64,000 nt of DNA, taken from NCBI GenBank assembly GCA_031425235.1, contig JANPIZ010000006.1:30803-94802 (forward strand), written 5' to 3'. Within the stretch, counting starts at the first letter, position 1. Each line of letters begins with the position of its first letter. Origin of the DNA: Candidatus Nomurabacteria bacterium. GTDB lineage: Bacteria > Patescibacteriota > Minisyncoccia > Phycocordibacterales > UBA9973. Below the pieces are notes generated by a model, which saw nothing but the letters and a program-made list of their open reading frames with translations, was not told where the DNA came from and did not search any database. Below are positions 29,925 to 41,432 of this stretch, piece by piece. The translations under genes were made by a program, and so were the position numbers.

Positions 29925-32900
29925 ATGTTTGTATCTAATAAGGTGGAAAAATCATTCGAATCCGAATATGAAAAATTAAATAAAGCCCAAAAGGAGGCTG
30001 TGGATACGATCGATGGACCAGTCATGGTGGTTGCGGGTCCAGGTACGGGTAAGACTCAGATATTGGCACTACGTATCGGTAATATTCTACAAAAAGGCGC
30101 TGCATCCGCTGACAGTATTTTGTGTCTGACTTTTACTCGATCTGGAGTTAAAGCAATGAAACGGAGACTCGAGGAATATATGGGGATTGATGCAAACAAT
30201 GTACATATTTCCACATTTCATTCTTTTGCAAATGAGCTTGTTGAAAAACATTACACTCTTTTAGATTTTGAAACTATCCCAAAATTACTGGAGGACGACG
30301 AAGCTGTGTTTCTCGTAGATGAGATAATGCAAATGAATGTTTGGGACTATTTACGCCCTCGCTCAAACCCCACAATGTATTTCAACGATCTAAAGCAGCT
30401 GATTTCAGTTTTAAAGCGCGAACGGCTAACTCCAGAAGAATTTTTGTCTTGTGTTGAGAGTGATATTAAGAATCTAAAAACCAGCCCGGATAGTATATCT
30501 ACTCGTGGTGAGAGCAAAGGCAAAATAAAAAAAGAAGTTGAAAAAAAAATAGAATCTTTGAATCGCACTCGCGAAGTAGTTTCATTTTATCGAATTTATG
30601 AACAGGAAAAAAAGGAACGCGGCCTGATGGACTATGATGATGTTTTAGAATACGCGGTTCGGCTCGTAGAAGAACACGAAGACGTACGCGCTGATATATA
30701 TGAAAATTATCTGTATGTATTGGTGGACGAACATCAAGATAGTAGCGGAGTGCAAAATAATTTCTTAAAAGCCGTATGGAAGGAAACGGAGAAGCCAAAT
30801 ATTTTTGTAGTCGGGGATGACAGGCAGCTCATATATGCTTTTTCCGGTGCCAAGCTTTCATATTTTGAAGAATTTGCGAATTTTTTTGGCAAAGCCAAGC
30901 TTGTCACTTTGGTAGAGAATTATCGTTCGACACCCGCCATTCTCGCTCTTGCGGATGACTTACTAAAGAGTTCTATTACAAAGGAAAAATTACATTCGAA
31001 CACAAAAGGGCAAGAACGCATCTTACTCGAAGAGTATAGCTATCCGAGGGATGAGATCATAGGCGCTGGTCTTTATTTTAAAAATAAAATTGAAAAAGAA
31101 GAATATAAACCACAAGAATGTGCTATTTTGCTCCCAAAGAATTTTCAGGTAAGGAGTGCTATGGAAATATTAAGCAATTTAGGTTTACCTGTCTCTACGG
31201 GGAAAAGCACTTCACTTTTTAGTGCTAAAGAAACCCATTCTTTTTTACGAGTGTTAAATATTATTAATGACCCTTTTAATTCAATTCTTATTTCAGAATC
31301 CCTTTTAGATAATACGAGCGGCGTACAAACTTTCGAGGCACATAAATTTTTAAAAAATAACAAAGCTGAAAAAATCACCTTAGAGGATCTGGTAAATAGT
31401 GGAACACACGATGGGCTTTTTGCATCAGAAAACGAAATTTCTAAATGGGGGAAATCTCTAAAAGCTTGGGTGGAATCACAAAATGATAAACTATCAGCCA
31501 TAATAAGTAAAATAGGTAATGATTTTTTGATTAATAATTCTAAAAATCATGATGAGCTTTTAAGGCGAGTTGAAATAATTCGCAGCTTTATTCATTTAGC
31601 TATAATGTTTGAACAAAAAAACACGAGAGCGAGCTTGAAAGATTTTCTAGAATACTTAAAAAGACTCGAGACCTATGGGAACCATATACATATAGCTACA
31701 TTTGGCGCCGAGAAAGGCATAGCGGTGATGACTCTACATAAATCAAAAGGCTTAGAATATAAAAGTGTTTGGGTAGGGCATATGAATGAAGATGTCCTCA
31801 TGTCAGAAAAGAAGAACGGTTTTACACTGCCAGAAAAAGTAAAAGAGCATTTACACGAGCGTGATATAGAAAATGCGAAGCGAGAATTGTACGTGGCTAT
31901 AACTCGCGCTAAAGAAAATTGCGTTATTTCATATGCAGCTGAAAATTATAATGGTAGAGAAATGGATTTGGCGCAAATCATACGAGAACTTCCCGAAAAC
32001 CACTTTTTGAAAAAGAGTAAAGAAGACACTGAAGCAGAAATATTTAAGGGCAAAGAGGGTGTTAACATATTTACGTCTTTTCAAAAAGTAAAAGAAAGTG
32101 AGACATTAGAAGAGATTAAAAATTTCGTAAAAGATAACTATAAAGATAATAAAGTTTCTGTATCTCTTCTTAATAATTTTTTTGAATGTCCCTGGAAATG
32201 GTATTTTAGAAATTTTTTGAGATTACCAGAAATAAAGGGGGCTTCACTCGCACTTGGTTCAGCGGTGCACTCTACCATAGAATTTATTTTAAAGAGTAAA
32301 TCAATACCACAAGAGTCGGAGATACAAGACAAGATACTTTTTGAACTTACACGAGAGGGACTTCAAGAAGAGAAAGAACTAAAAATAATTTCCAAAGAAG
32401 CAAAAAATGCTGTCAATAATTGGATCAATAATTATTATAAAAATATTGAATCCAACTATAATTCGGAGAGATCTATCCAGTTTAGAGACCCGCACTACAA
32501 AGATCTTCTTATGTACGGCAAAATAGACCTCACCGAGAGGAGTCCTGATGGAGATATAACAATCACTGATTTTAAAACAGGGAGACCTCGGACAAAAGGA
32601 GAGATAGAAAAAATAGGTGAAGATGGCAGACTGTCTGGATATATGCGCCAGCTCGCTATGTATTCGTATTTAGTAGCAGGGGTCGAAGGAGGTAAAAAGG
32701 TTTTTCTATCTAAACTTCTTTTCTTAGAAGTAGATCCTAAAGATAAAAATTCTATGTACTCTACGTTTATAGAAAGTGAAAAAATAGATTTATTAAAAAA
32801 AGATATTGGAGACTATGTGGAGAATTTGGAAAATGGAAAATGGGCAAACCTAGAGTGCCATTATAAATCCTGGGGAAGCGGCAAAGATGAATGTGAATAT

Positions 32901-32927
32901 TGCGCTCTTGCGAAGAGGATTATTTAG
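29925..32927 (+). CDS. UvrD/REP helicase fused to a C-terminal PD-(D/E)XK nuclease
   Basis: AGPGTGKT, DEHQD, GDDRQ, NYRS, TLHKSKGLE, YVAITRAK; GKIDL...DFKTG and C-terminal Cys residues. Confidence 0.88.
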   Translation: MFVSNKVEKSFESEYEKLNKAQKEAVDTIDGPVMVVAGPGTGKTQILALRIGNILQKGAASADSILCLTFTRSGVKAMKRRLEEYMGIDANNVHISTFHSFANELVEKHYTLLDFETIPKLLEDDEAVFLVDEIMQMNVWDYLRPRSNPTMYFNDLKQLISVLKRERLTPEEFLSCVESDIKNLKTSPDSISTRGESKGKIKKEVEKKIESLNRTREVVSFYRIYEQEKKERGLMDYDDVLEYAVRLVEEHEDVRADIYENYLYVLVDEHQDSSGVQNNFLKAVWKETEKPNIFVVGDDRQLIYAFSGAKLSYFEEFANFFGKAKLVTLVENYRSTPAILALADDLLKSSITKEKLHSNTKGQERILLEEYSYPRDEIIGAGLYFKNKIEKEEYKPQECAILLPKNFQVRSAMEILSNLGLPVSTGKSTSLFSAKETHSFLRVLNIINDPFNSILISESLLDNTSGVQTFEAHKFLKNNKAEKITLEDLVNSGTHDGLFASENEISKWGKSLKAWVESQNDKLSAIISKIGNDFLINNSKNHDELLRRVEIIRSFIHLAIMFEQKNTRASLKDFLEYLKRLETYGNHIHIATFGAEKGIAVMTLHKSKGLEYKSVWVGHMNEDVLMSEKKNGFTLPEKVKEHLHERDIENAKRELYVAITRAKENCVISYAAENYNGREMDLAQIIRELPENHFLKKSKEDTEAEIFKGKEGVNIFTSFQKVKESETLEEIKNFVKDNYKDNKVSVSLLNNFFECPWKWYFRNFLRLPEIKGASLALGSAVHSTIEFILKSKSIPQESEIQDKILFELTREGLQEEKELKIISKEAKNAVNNWINNYYKNIESNYNSERSIQFRDPHYKDLLMYGKIDLTERSPDGDITITDFKTGRPRTKGEIEKIGEDGRLSGYMRQLAMYSYLVAGVEGGKKVFLSKLLFLEVDPKDKNSMYSTFIESEKIDLLKKDIGDYVENLENGKWANLECHYKSWGSGKDECEYCALAKRII

Positions 32928-33022
32928 AAACTCCTCGGTCCATTGTCGAGCCAGCCGAGATAAAAACCTATAGAAGCCAGAATTATGATTATAATGATTA
33001 AAAACCAGTCTATCTTTTTCAT
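32924..33022 (-). CDS. Small single-TM peptide
   Basis: MKKIDWFLIIIIIILASIGFYLGWLDNGPRSF. Confidence 0.4.
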   Translation of the reverse strand: MKKIDWFLIIIIIILASIGFYLGWLDNGPRSF

Positions 33023-33085
33023 TCCTAAACTATAGCACAATATTTTTTGCTTGTAATTTTGCCTTTTTGCCGCTAAGATAGTTTT

Positions 33086-34048
33086 ATGACAACTGAGCAA
33101 TATCAAATAATTCTTTTTTATAAATATGTGCATCTCGATGACCCAGAGGCAGTTAAGATGTGGCAAAAGGAATTATGCATGCGGCTCGGAATGACAGGTA
33201 GGTGTATCGTTGCAAGCGAAGGAATTAATGCAACCTATGAGGGTACGAAGGAAAATATAAGGCAGTATATAAAAGAACTACAAAAGAACTCTAAATTTAA
33301 AGATATCCATTTTAAATTGAGCGATGGTACAGGGAATGCCTTTCCAAAACTTTCCGTAAAAGTTCGCAACGAAATTGTGTCGCTCAATTTAGGTACGTGT
33401 GATATCGACCCAAATGAAATCACTGGCATACATTTGAAACCAAAAGAGCTGCACGAGTGGATACAAAACAAAAAAGAATTTTATATAGTTGATATGCGAA
33501 ATGCCTACGAACACAAGATAGGGCATTTTGAAGGTTCCATTTTACCGCCGATCGAAAATTTTCGTGATTTACCAAAAGTTGTCGAGCAGATAAAACATTT
33601 AAAAAATAAAACCGTGCTTACTGTGTGTACCGGCGGAGTACGTTGTGAAAAAGCATCCGGATTTTTGATCACTCAAGGATTTACAGATGTGTATCAGCTC
33701 GACGGCGGCATTGTCAGCTACATGGAACGCTACCCAAATGAAGACTTCAAGGGTAAGCTCTATGTGTTTGATGGACGAGTAGCTATGGGTTTTTACACAG
33801 ATGATGCAAAGCATAAAATAGTCGGCAAATGCGATGCCTGCAAAGAGCCATCAGAAAATTACGTAAATTGTTCAAATCCAGTGTGCCACAGGCATTTCAT
33901 TTGTTGTGAGAAATGTTTAAAAAATGAAGGTAAACCTGCCCGCAATGCTTCTAGCATAGCTAGTGCAGGCGGGGCTTTTTGCATAGGTGGATGCGTGCTT
34001 TCAAGACACGGACGAAAAATTAGCCCCCTCGAGGTGAATTTGGTATAG
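33086..34048 (+). CDS. trhO: tRNA uridine(34) hydroxylase, rhodanese UPF0176
   Basis: FYKY, EGINAT, CTGGVRCEK, YVFDGR, C-terminal Cys cluster. Confidence 0.9.
   Translation: MTTEQYQIILFYKYVHLDDPEAVKMWQKELCMRLGMTGRCIVASEGINATYEGTKENIRQYIKELQKNSKFKDIHFKLSDGTGNAFPKLSVKVRNEIVSLNLGTCDIDPNEITGIHLKPKELHEWIQNKKEFYIVDMRNAYEHKIGHFEGSILPPIENFRDLPKVVEQIKHLKNKTVLTVCTGGVRCEKASGFLITQGFTDVYQLDGGIVSYMERYPNEDFKGKLYVFDGRVAMGFYTDDAKHKIVGKCDACKEPSENYVNCSNPVCHRHFICCEKCLKNEGKPARNASSIASAGGAFCIGGCVLSRHGRKISPLEVNLV
33935..33973 (+). repeat. 39-nt palindromic element, copy 1 (in frame in trhO)
   Basis: cctgcccgcaatgcttctagcatagctagtgcaggcggg. Confidence 0.93.
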
Positions 34049-34078
34049 TTATGTATTATAAGTTTATATTTTTATTAT

Positions 34079-34333
34079 ATGGCAGAAATAGAAATACATG
34101 GTAAAAAAGTAAAATATGATGAAAGCAGCGACTCAACAAAGTACGCTGTTAAGTATTTACAAAGATTAGATAGTAGTGAAGCTAAAAATTATTTTAAAAC
34201 TGCAGAGAGAGATAAATACTCACGATTTGAGACACCAGACAAGCCTGGGGATAGTAGTATAGAGCATAATATGACTTTAGAATATGATGCGAGCGAAGGG
34301 GAGTATAATCTTAGAAAAAGAACACGACGCTAA
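34079..34333 (+). CDS. Hypothetical protein
   Basis: 84 aa ORF. Confidence 0.6.
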   Translation: MAEIEIHGKKVKYDESSDSTKYAVKYLQRLDSSEAKNYFKTAERDKYSRFETPDKPGDSSIEHNMTLEYDASEGEYNLRKRTRR

Positions 34334-34376
34334 TTAAATTAAAATTCTTATTAATAATTAAATATTAAATAATATT

Positions 34377-34610
34377 ATGTCAGACGAAAAGGAGGTAAAA
34401 TTAAAAATTGGAGAGCATGAGATTAATCAAGACCATCATCCTCATGCGTATGCTGCAATAAAAGGGATGAGTGAGACTATGCGAGAACAACTATTTCACA
34501 ATGCTCACAATTCAGGACACGGCGGTATTTTTAACGTACACATAAACGGAAAAAATTTTGAATATAGATTATCAAAAAATGGAGAAATTCACCAGGCACA
34601 CCATAATTAA
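34377..34610 (+). CDS. Hypothetical His-rich protein
   Basis: 77 aa ORF; stop overlaps the pheS start (TAATG). Confidence 0.6.
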   Translation: MSDEKEVKLKIGEHEINQDHHPHAYAAIKGMSETMREQLFHNAHNSGHGGIFNVHINGKNFEYRLSKNGEIHQAHHN

Positions 34611-35308
34611 TGAAAGAAGAAAATAAAAAGGGAACAATGCATCCGCTTTCAATAGTAACAAGCCAGCTTGTTGATATTTTTATTGATCTTGGTTTTGAAA
34701 TTGCCCTAGGTCCAGAAATTGCAACTGAGTATGACAACTTTGATTCCTTGAATGTTCCAAAAGATCATCCTGCTCGAGACATGCAAGACACTTTTTGGTT
34801 AAAAGATTCACCAGGAAAAGTATTGAGAACCCATATTAGTTCAATGCAAGTACCGTATATGAAAAATAATAAACCTCCATTCAAGATGATTTCTCCTGGC
34901 AAGGTCTTTCGAAACGAAGCTACTGATTCTACACACGAGATGCAATATAATTATATGGAAGGATTAGTAGTTGCGGAAGGTCTTTCTGTGTCACATTTAA
35001 AAGGTATTTTACTTGAATTTTTAAAAAGATTTTTTGGTGACAGTGCAGATATAAGGCTGCGTCCCAGTTTTTTTCCTTTCGTGGAACCGGGATTTGAGAT
35101 TGATGTATGGACGGGTAAAAAATGGATAGAAATATTAGGTGCAGGTATGGTTCATCCAAAAGTTTTAGAAAACGGGGGAATAGACCCAAAGAAATTCAGT
35201 GGTTTTGCGTTCGGGATGGGAATAGATAGAATTATGCTTTTAAAGTATGAAATTCCAGATGTGCGACTTTCTTATCAAGGAGATTTACGCCTTAATCAAT
35301 TCAACTAA
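34610..35308 (+). CDS. pheS: Phenylalanine-tRNA ligase alpha subunit (no N-terminal coiled coil)
   Basis: HPL, HPARDMQDTF, FRNE..DSTH, FPFVEP, GFAFGMGIDR. Confidence 0.95.
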   Translation: MKEENKKGTMHPLSIVTSQLVDIFIDLGFEIALGPEIATEYDNFDSLNVPKDHPARDMQDTFWLKDSPGKVLRTHISSMQVPYMKNNKPPFKMISPGKVFRNEATDSTHEMQYNYMEGLVVAEGLSVSHLKGILLEFLKRFFGDSADIRLRPSFFPFVEPGFEIDVWTGKKWIEILGAGMVHPKVLENGGIDPKKFSGFAFGMGIDRIMLLKYEIPDVRLSYQGDLRLNQFN

Positions 35309-35317
35309 AATATCAGC

Positions 35318-37273
35318 ATGAAAATTTCTTATAATTGGCTCAAATGGTATATTCCCGATGCACCCGATGCAGAAAAACTTGTAGATATTTTGACATTCCA
35401 TGTGTGTGAAGTAGACGGTCTAGAAAATTTGCCCAATGGAGATGTTGTGCTTGATTTAAAAATCTTACCAGATCGCGCACATGATCTACTTTCGCATCAA
35501 GGAATAGCTCGGGAGCTTGCTTCACTTTTAAATATAAATTTTGTAGATCCCCGTCCGAACGGAGATTCATCCGGGCGGGCAACGCCAAAATACAAAATCC
35601 CCGAATCCAAACCCACAAATTTAAAAATAAATATTTTAACAAATAAAGACCGCAGACATGTGGGCAGAATAGTTCGTAATGTAAAAGTCGGACCCTCACC
35701 AGAATGGGTGGTGAAGCATCTCGCATCAATAGGACAGAGAAGCATAAACAACATAGTAGACGCTACAAATATAACCATGTTTGATTGCGGGCAGCCGACA
35801 CATGCTTTTGATTTAAACAAAGTTGAAGGTGTGGAGCTAAATATTCGAGATGCAAAGGCTGGAGAAAAAGTGACTTTGCTTACTGGAGAAGAAAAAGAAT
35901 TGAAAGAAGGAATGATAGCTATATGTGATGGAGCAGGAAATATACTCGATACTGGTATAAAAGGGGGCAAACACGCAGAGATAACTACGAGCACAACTGA
36001 CCTTATCTTAGAAGCAGATAATTTTGACCCAGTCTTTGCAAGGAAAACTGGGCAGGCTTTGAATATCGTTACAGATGCAAGAAAACGTTTTGAAAATGAT
36101 TTATCACCAGAGCTTGCACCATTTGCGATGATGGAGCTCTCGGCTCTTATAGCCGAGATGTGCCCTGAAGCAACCTTTGAGGAAATTGTAGATACCTATC
36201 CACAAAAACAAAAGGAGCAAAAACTTAAATTTTCACTTGCAAAAATATCAAAGATTTTAGGGCTCGAGGTTTCTGTGATTGAAGTAGGAAATATTTTGGA
36301 GAGATATAAAATTGGATACAAGAATGAGGGCGATGAATTTGAAATCGTTGTGCCTCCTATGCGCCTCGACCTAAACATCGAAGAAGACATGGCTGAAGAG
36401 ATGGGGAGAATTTTAGGATATGATCGAATACTGGGAACAATACCAAAAGTACCTGCCCGCAATGCCTCTAGCATAGCTAGTGCAGGCGGGAATGAAACAT
36501 ATGCCAAAATTAGAGCTGCCAGAGCTAAATTAATAGAGGATGGCTATAGCGAAGTCATGACGTATGTATTTTGCGACAAAGGGGAAGTGGAAGTGATGCA
36601 AAGTGCTTCTGATAAAAAATTCCTGAGGACAAATTTGAGCGATGGTATAAAGGAAAGTTTGAAGTTAAATAAACTAAATGCTCCATTTTTAGGATTGAGT
36701 GATGTGAAAATTTTTGAAATCGGCACTGTGTTTTTGAAAGACAAGCCTGCCCGCAATGTCTCTAGCATAGCTAGTGCAGGCGGGGAAGAAATGCGAGTGT
36801 GCTACGCCAATAAAAAAGAAGTAAAAGAAATGACCTTAGAGGAATACTGCAAAGCCGAGCCTGATGCTTTTACTCAGGTCCTCGGTTCCCCGGGGGCCCA
36901 ACCCCGGCCAGACCATGAGCAAAAGCACACAGGCTCGGCTTCTGAAAAATTCAACATGTGGTCATTGTTTCCATTTATCGCGCGCGATGTAGCGCTATGG
37001 GTACCTGCCCGCAATGCCTCTAGCATAGCTAGTGCAGGCGGGCCTGAGGGAGTCTCGAGTGGGGAAGTGCTCGAGATCATAAAAAGTGTTTCCTCCCCAC
37101 TTATTGTCCGAGGCCCAGAGCTTTTTGATGAATTCAAGAAAGATGGCAAGATTTCGTATGCGTTTAGGCTGGTTTTCCAGTCGTATGAGCGTACTCTGAC
37201 TGACACAGAGGTAAATGAAGTAATTGCTCAAATATCCAATAAAATAAAGGAAAAAGGCTGGGAAGTTCGATAA
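35318..37273 (+). CDS. pheT: Phenylalanine-tRNA ligase beta subunit (lacks B2; five palindromic inserts)
   Basis: MKISYNWL, DRAHDLLSH, INNIVDATN, RLDL..EED, RDVA, SYAFRL..TLTD. Confidence 0.92.
   Translation: MKISYNWLKWYIPDAPDAEKLVDILTFHVCEVDGLENLPNGDVVLDLKILPDRAHDLLSHQGIARELASLLNINFVDPRPNGDSSGRATPKYKIPESKPTNLKINILTNKDRRHVGRIVRNVKVGPSPEWVVKHLASIGQRSINNIVDATNITMFDCGQPTHAFDLNKVEGVELNIRDAKAGEKVTLLTGEEKELKEGMIAICDGAGNILDTGIKGGKHAEITTSTTDLILEADNFDPVFARKTGQALNIVTDARKRFENDLSPELAPFAMMELSALIAEMCPEATFEEIVDTYPQKQKEQKLKFSLAKISKILGLEVSVIEVGNILERYKIGYKNEGDEFEIVVPPMRLDLNIEEDMAEEMGRILGYDRILGTIPKVPARNASSIASAGGNETYAKIRAARAKLIEDGYSEVMTYVFCDKGEVEVMQSASDKKFLRTNLSDGIKESLKLNKLNAPFLGLSDVKIFEIGTVFLKDKPARNVSSIASAGGEEMRVCYANKKEVKEMTLEEYCKAEPDAFTQVLGSPGAQPRPDHEQKHTGSASEKFNMWSLFPFIARDVALWVPARNASSIASAGGPEGVSSGEVLEIIKSVSSPLIVRGPELFDEFKKDGKISYAFRLVFQSYERTLTDTEVNEVIAQISNKIKEKGWEVR
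35550..35579. repeat. 30-nt palindromic insert in pheT
   Basis: CCCGTCCG...CGGGCGGG ends; removal leaves an intact frame reading FVD-P-TPKY. Confidence 0.7.
36452..36490 (+). repeat. 39-nt palindromic element, copy 2 (pheT)
   Basis: cctgcccgcaatgcctctagcatagctagtgcaggcggg. Confidence 0.93.
36746..36784 (+). repeat. 39-nt palindromic element, copy 3 (pheT)
   Basis: cctgcccgcaatgtctctagcatagctagtgcaggcggg. Confidence 0.93.
36852..36941. repeat. 90-nt long hairpin insert in pheT
   Basis: AAGCCGAGCCTG/CAGGCTCGGCTT, TGCTTTT/AAAAGCA, CTCA/TGAG, GGTC/GACC, CCGGGG/CCCCGG. Confidence 0.8.
37004..37042 (+). repeat. 39-nt palindromic element, copy 4 (pheT)
   Basis: Identical to copy 2; removal gives W-V-P-E. 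Confidence 0.93.
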
Positions 37274-37430
37274 ATAAGTAACCGCTTTACATATATTTTC
37301 TATATGTTATAATAGATAGGTAAGCAAATAAAAGCTAATTTCCTTGCTCCGTAAGGAAATTAAGACCTTCAACCGAAGGCCTATTTTATTTGTATTAGTT
37401 CTTAATTATTTTGTTTTCTGGAGGTGTTTT

Positions 37431-37607
37431 TTGAAAGATAGGTATGAAGAAGAAGATCTTCGTAAATATAAGGAGTACGAAGAGGTAAAGAGAGGAGCTG
37501 GTGGGAAAGAGAATAATCTCGGAGAGGAAGAAAGTTTTCCCTCAGGATATGATTCTCGTTACGAAAAAAAAAGGGCTAATTTTTCTGCACCAAGGAGAGT
37601 TACATAA
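37431..37607 (+). CDS. Small charged hypothetical protein
   Basis: GGAGGTG SD before TTG 37431. Confidence 0.45.
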   Translation: MKDRYEEEDLRKYKEYEEVKRGAGGKENNLGEEESFPSGYDSRYEKKRANFSAPRRVT

Positions 37608-37759
37608 TGTCTCAAGAAGGTCAAAAAAAAGCGAGGGATTCAAAACCCCCGCAGCCAAACGAGGCTCCGAAGCCTAAAGAAAAAAAATCGGAAGAATATC
37701 ATCACTATTCTGAAGGCTCTAGCGGAGCCTATGAAAAGTGGGGTGCTCCTATTTTATAG
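37607..37759 (+). CDS. Small hypothetical protein (50 aa)
   Basis: AAGGAG SD, TAATG coupling, MSQEGQKKARDSKPPQP...WGAPIL. Confidence 0.45.
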   Translation: MSQEGQKKARDSKPPQPNEAPKPKEKKSEEYHHYSEGSSGAYEKWGAPIL

Positions 37760-37798
37760 GGGCAAAATCGAACAAGGGAAGGAAAATCAATCAAGGTT

Positions 37799-37833
37799 AA
37801 AAGCTGAAGCGCAACAAAACGCTTCAGCTTTTT
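37799..37833 (+). terminator. Intrinsic terminator
   Basis: AAAAGCTGAAGCG-N8-CGCTTCAGCTTTTT. Confidence 0.8.
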
Positions 37834-37892
37834 CTACTTCTACTTATCCACAGTAGGCTTTACATATATTTGATACATGATAATATAAAAAT

Positions 37893-38039
37893 ATGACATT
37901 ACAGGTAAGGAAAAATTATTTCTTTAAGCAACTCATTTGTCCTTCAACCCTTAGAAGGCTGATATTTGCGCTGTAAAAACTCTCAAAAACTTACAACCCA
38001 AACACCAGCCTTCTAACGAAGAAGTCTGGTGTTCTTTTT
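37893..38039 (+). promoter_or_regulatory. Attenuator-like leader with a leader ORF
   Basis: Leader ORF 37893-37976; mutually exclusive stems; terminator AACACCAG...CTGGTGTT-CTTTTT. Confidence 0.45.
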
Positions 38040-38143
38040 ATGAGGGTTTTGATTTTTAAACCCTTCGTTCTTTGGCACCCTTGGTTTATTTACAACCAAG
38101 TTTACCCATATTGGAAAATATGGGACTTTCTCGGAGGAGAAAA

Positions 38144-38398
38144 ATGCAAAAAAATAACTTATCTGATGACTCCGACTTTGAAAAAACTTTAGAAGACTGG
38201 GACCGCTTTCGCGACACCCCCGGTGATTTAAAGCCTAAAATTCGGGAATTCTATTCATCAACTGATGCAAAAGTTGATGACTTACGTAACAACTTTCCTG
38301 TAATTGTGGAAACACAAGAAAAAGAGAAAAAACCGAAACGTCACCGAGGCGATCTTCGATCCAACAACTCTCGTTTTGTGAGAGGCGCTACTGGGTAA
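38144..38398 (+). CDS. Hypothetical protein
   Basis: GGAGGAG SD before ATG 38144; 84 aa. Confidence 0.55.
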   Translation: MQKNNLSDDSDFEKTLEDWDRFRDTPGDLKPKIREFYSSTDAKVDDLRNNFPVIVETQEKEKKPKRHRGDLRSNNSRFVRGATG

Positions 38399-38543
38399 GA
38401 AGCAAAAAATCAAAAAAGAGAAAAATCGAATAAGGGAATAATTTTGGGGCGGTGTTTTACACTTAGCCCCAATTCTTATTTTATACATAAAACTCTCAAA
38501 TTTAAGCGTGGTTTTCACTAGTAAATAGATAATATTTCTGCTA

Positions 38544-40733
<2,190 letters not shown>

Positions 40734-40764
40734 TTTATTATTTAGTCTACTTTTAAAACTAAAA

Positions 40765-41376
40765 CTATATAATTTCACCTTTTCTCGATCTTATTATTTT
40801 AAGATTCTTAGGATCCTGACCCAAAAACTTTGCCAACTCTCTTCTTCCTCGAGACACCCACGTTTTTGCTGTTGATTCTGGAATGTTCAGTTCTGTTGCT
40901 GATTCTCTAGGTGATAATCCCCGGAAGTCTCTTGTAAGGGCTTCTTGGTAATTTTCGGGCAATTTTTTAAATGCTTCCATGAAAATTTCCTTTCTTTCTT
41001 TTTCTATTATGAGATCTTCAGCACTTTGTCCTTTCTCAGCAATATCAAAGTGATCTTCTATATTTTCTGTACCTCTTCCGACAAGATCTCTGTTAGCTTT
41101 TCTAAGATAGTCAACAACAGTGTGTCTTGCTATGCTTGCTAGCCAAGTATGTAAGTTTGATTTATTTTGATCATAATTTGTTGCACTTGTATAAGCTTTA
41201 AAAAGTGACTCATTCGCAAGATCTTCCGCTGCAGAAATTTTATTTGTGCCACCAAGCATTTTGTTACATATTTTAAGTATAAAAGTTCCTTCCGTTAAAA
41301 TTTGTGCTTTTATTTTTTCCAGATCCTTATCTTTTGATGTTTCAGTCTTTTGTTTGTTTCTATTAAATCCTTCCAT
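40765..41376 (-). CDS. ECF sigma-70 factor
   Basis: AEDLANESLFKAY, TWLASIARHTVVDYLRK, LPE.YQ..L, TAKTWVSRGR. Confidence 0.8.
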   Translation of the reverse strand: MEGFNRNKQKTETSKDKDLEKIKAQILTEGTFILKICNKMLGGTNKISAAEDLANESLFKAYTSATNYDQNKSNLHTWLASIARHTVVDYLRKANRDLVGRGTENIEDHFDIAEKGQSAEDLIIEKERKEIFMEAFKKLPENYQEALTRDFRGLSPRESATELNIPESTAKTWVSRGRRELAKFLGQDPKNLKIIRSRKGEII

Positions 41377-41432
41377 AATTTATTTTTACTTTTAATTTCT
41401 TATAAAATTTTTTACAGCAAATCTTCCTTAAT

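Noticed and set aside
36452-37042. Three 39-nt repeats as a possible CRISPR array
   Set aside because: Spacing is 250-300 nt, the copies are in frame within pheT and dispersed to other genes, and there are no cas genes or leader.
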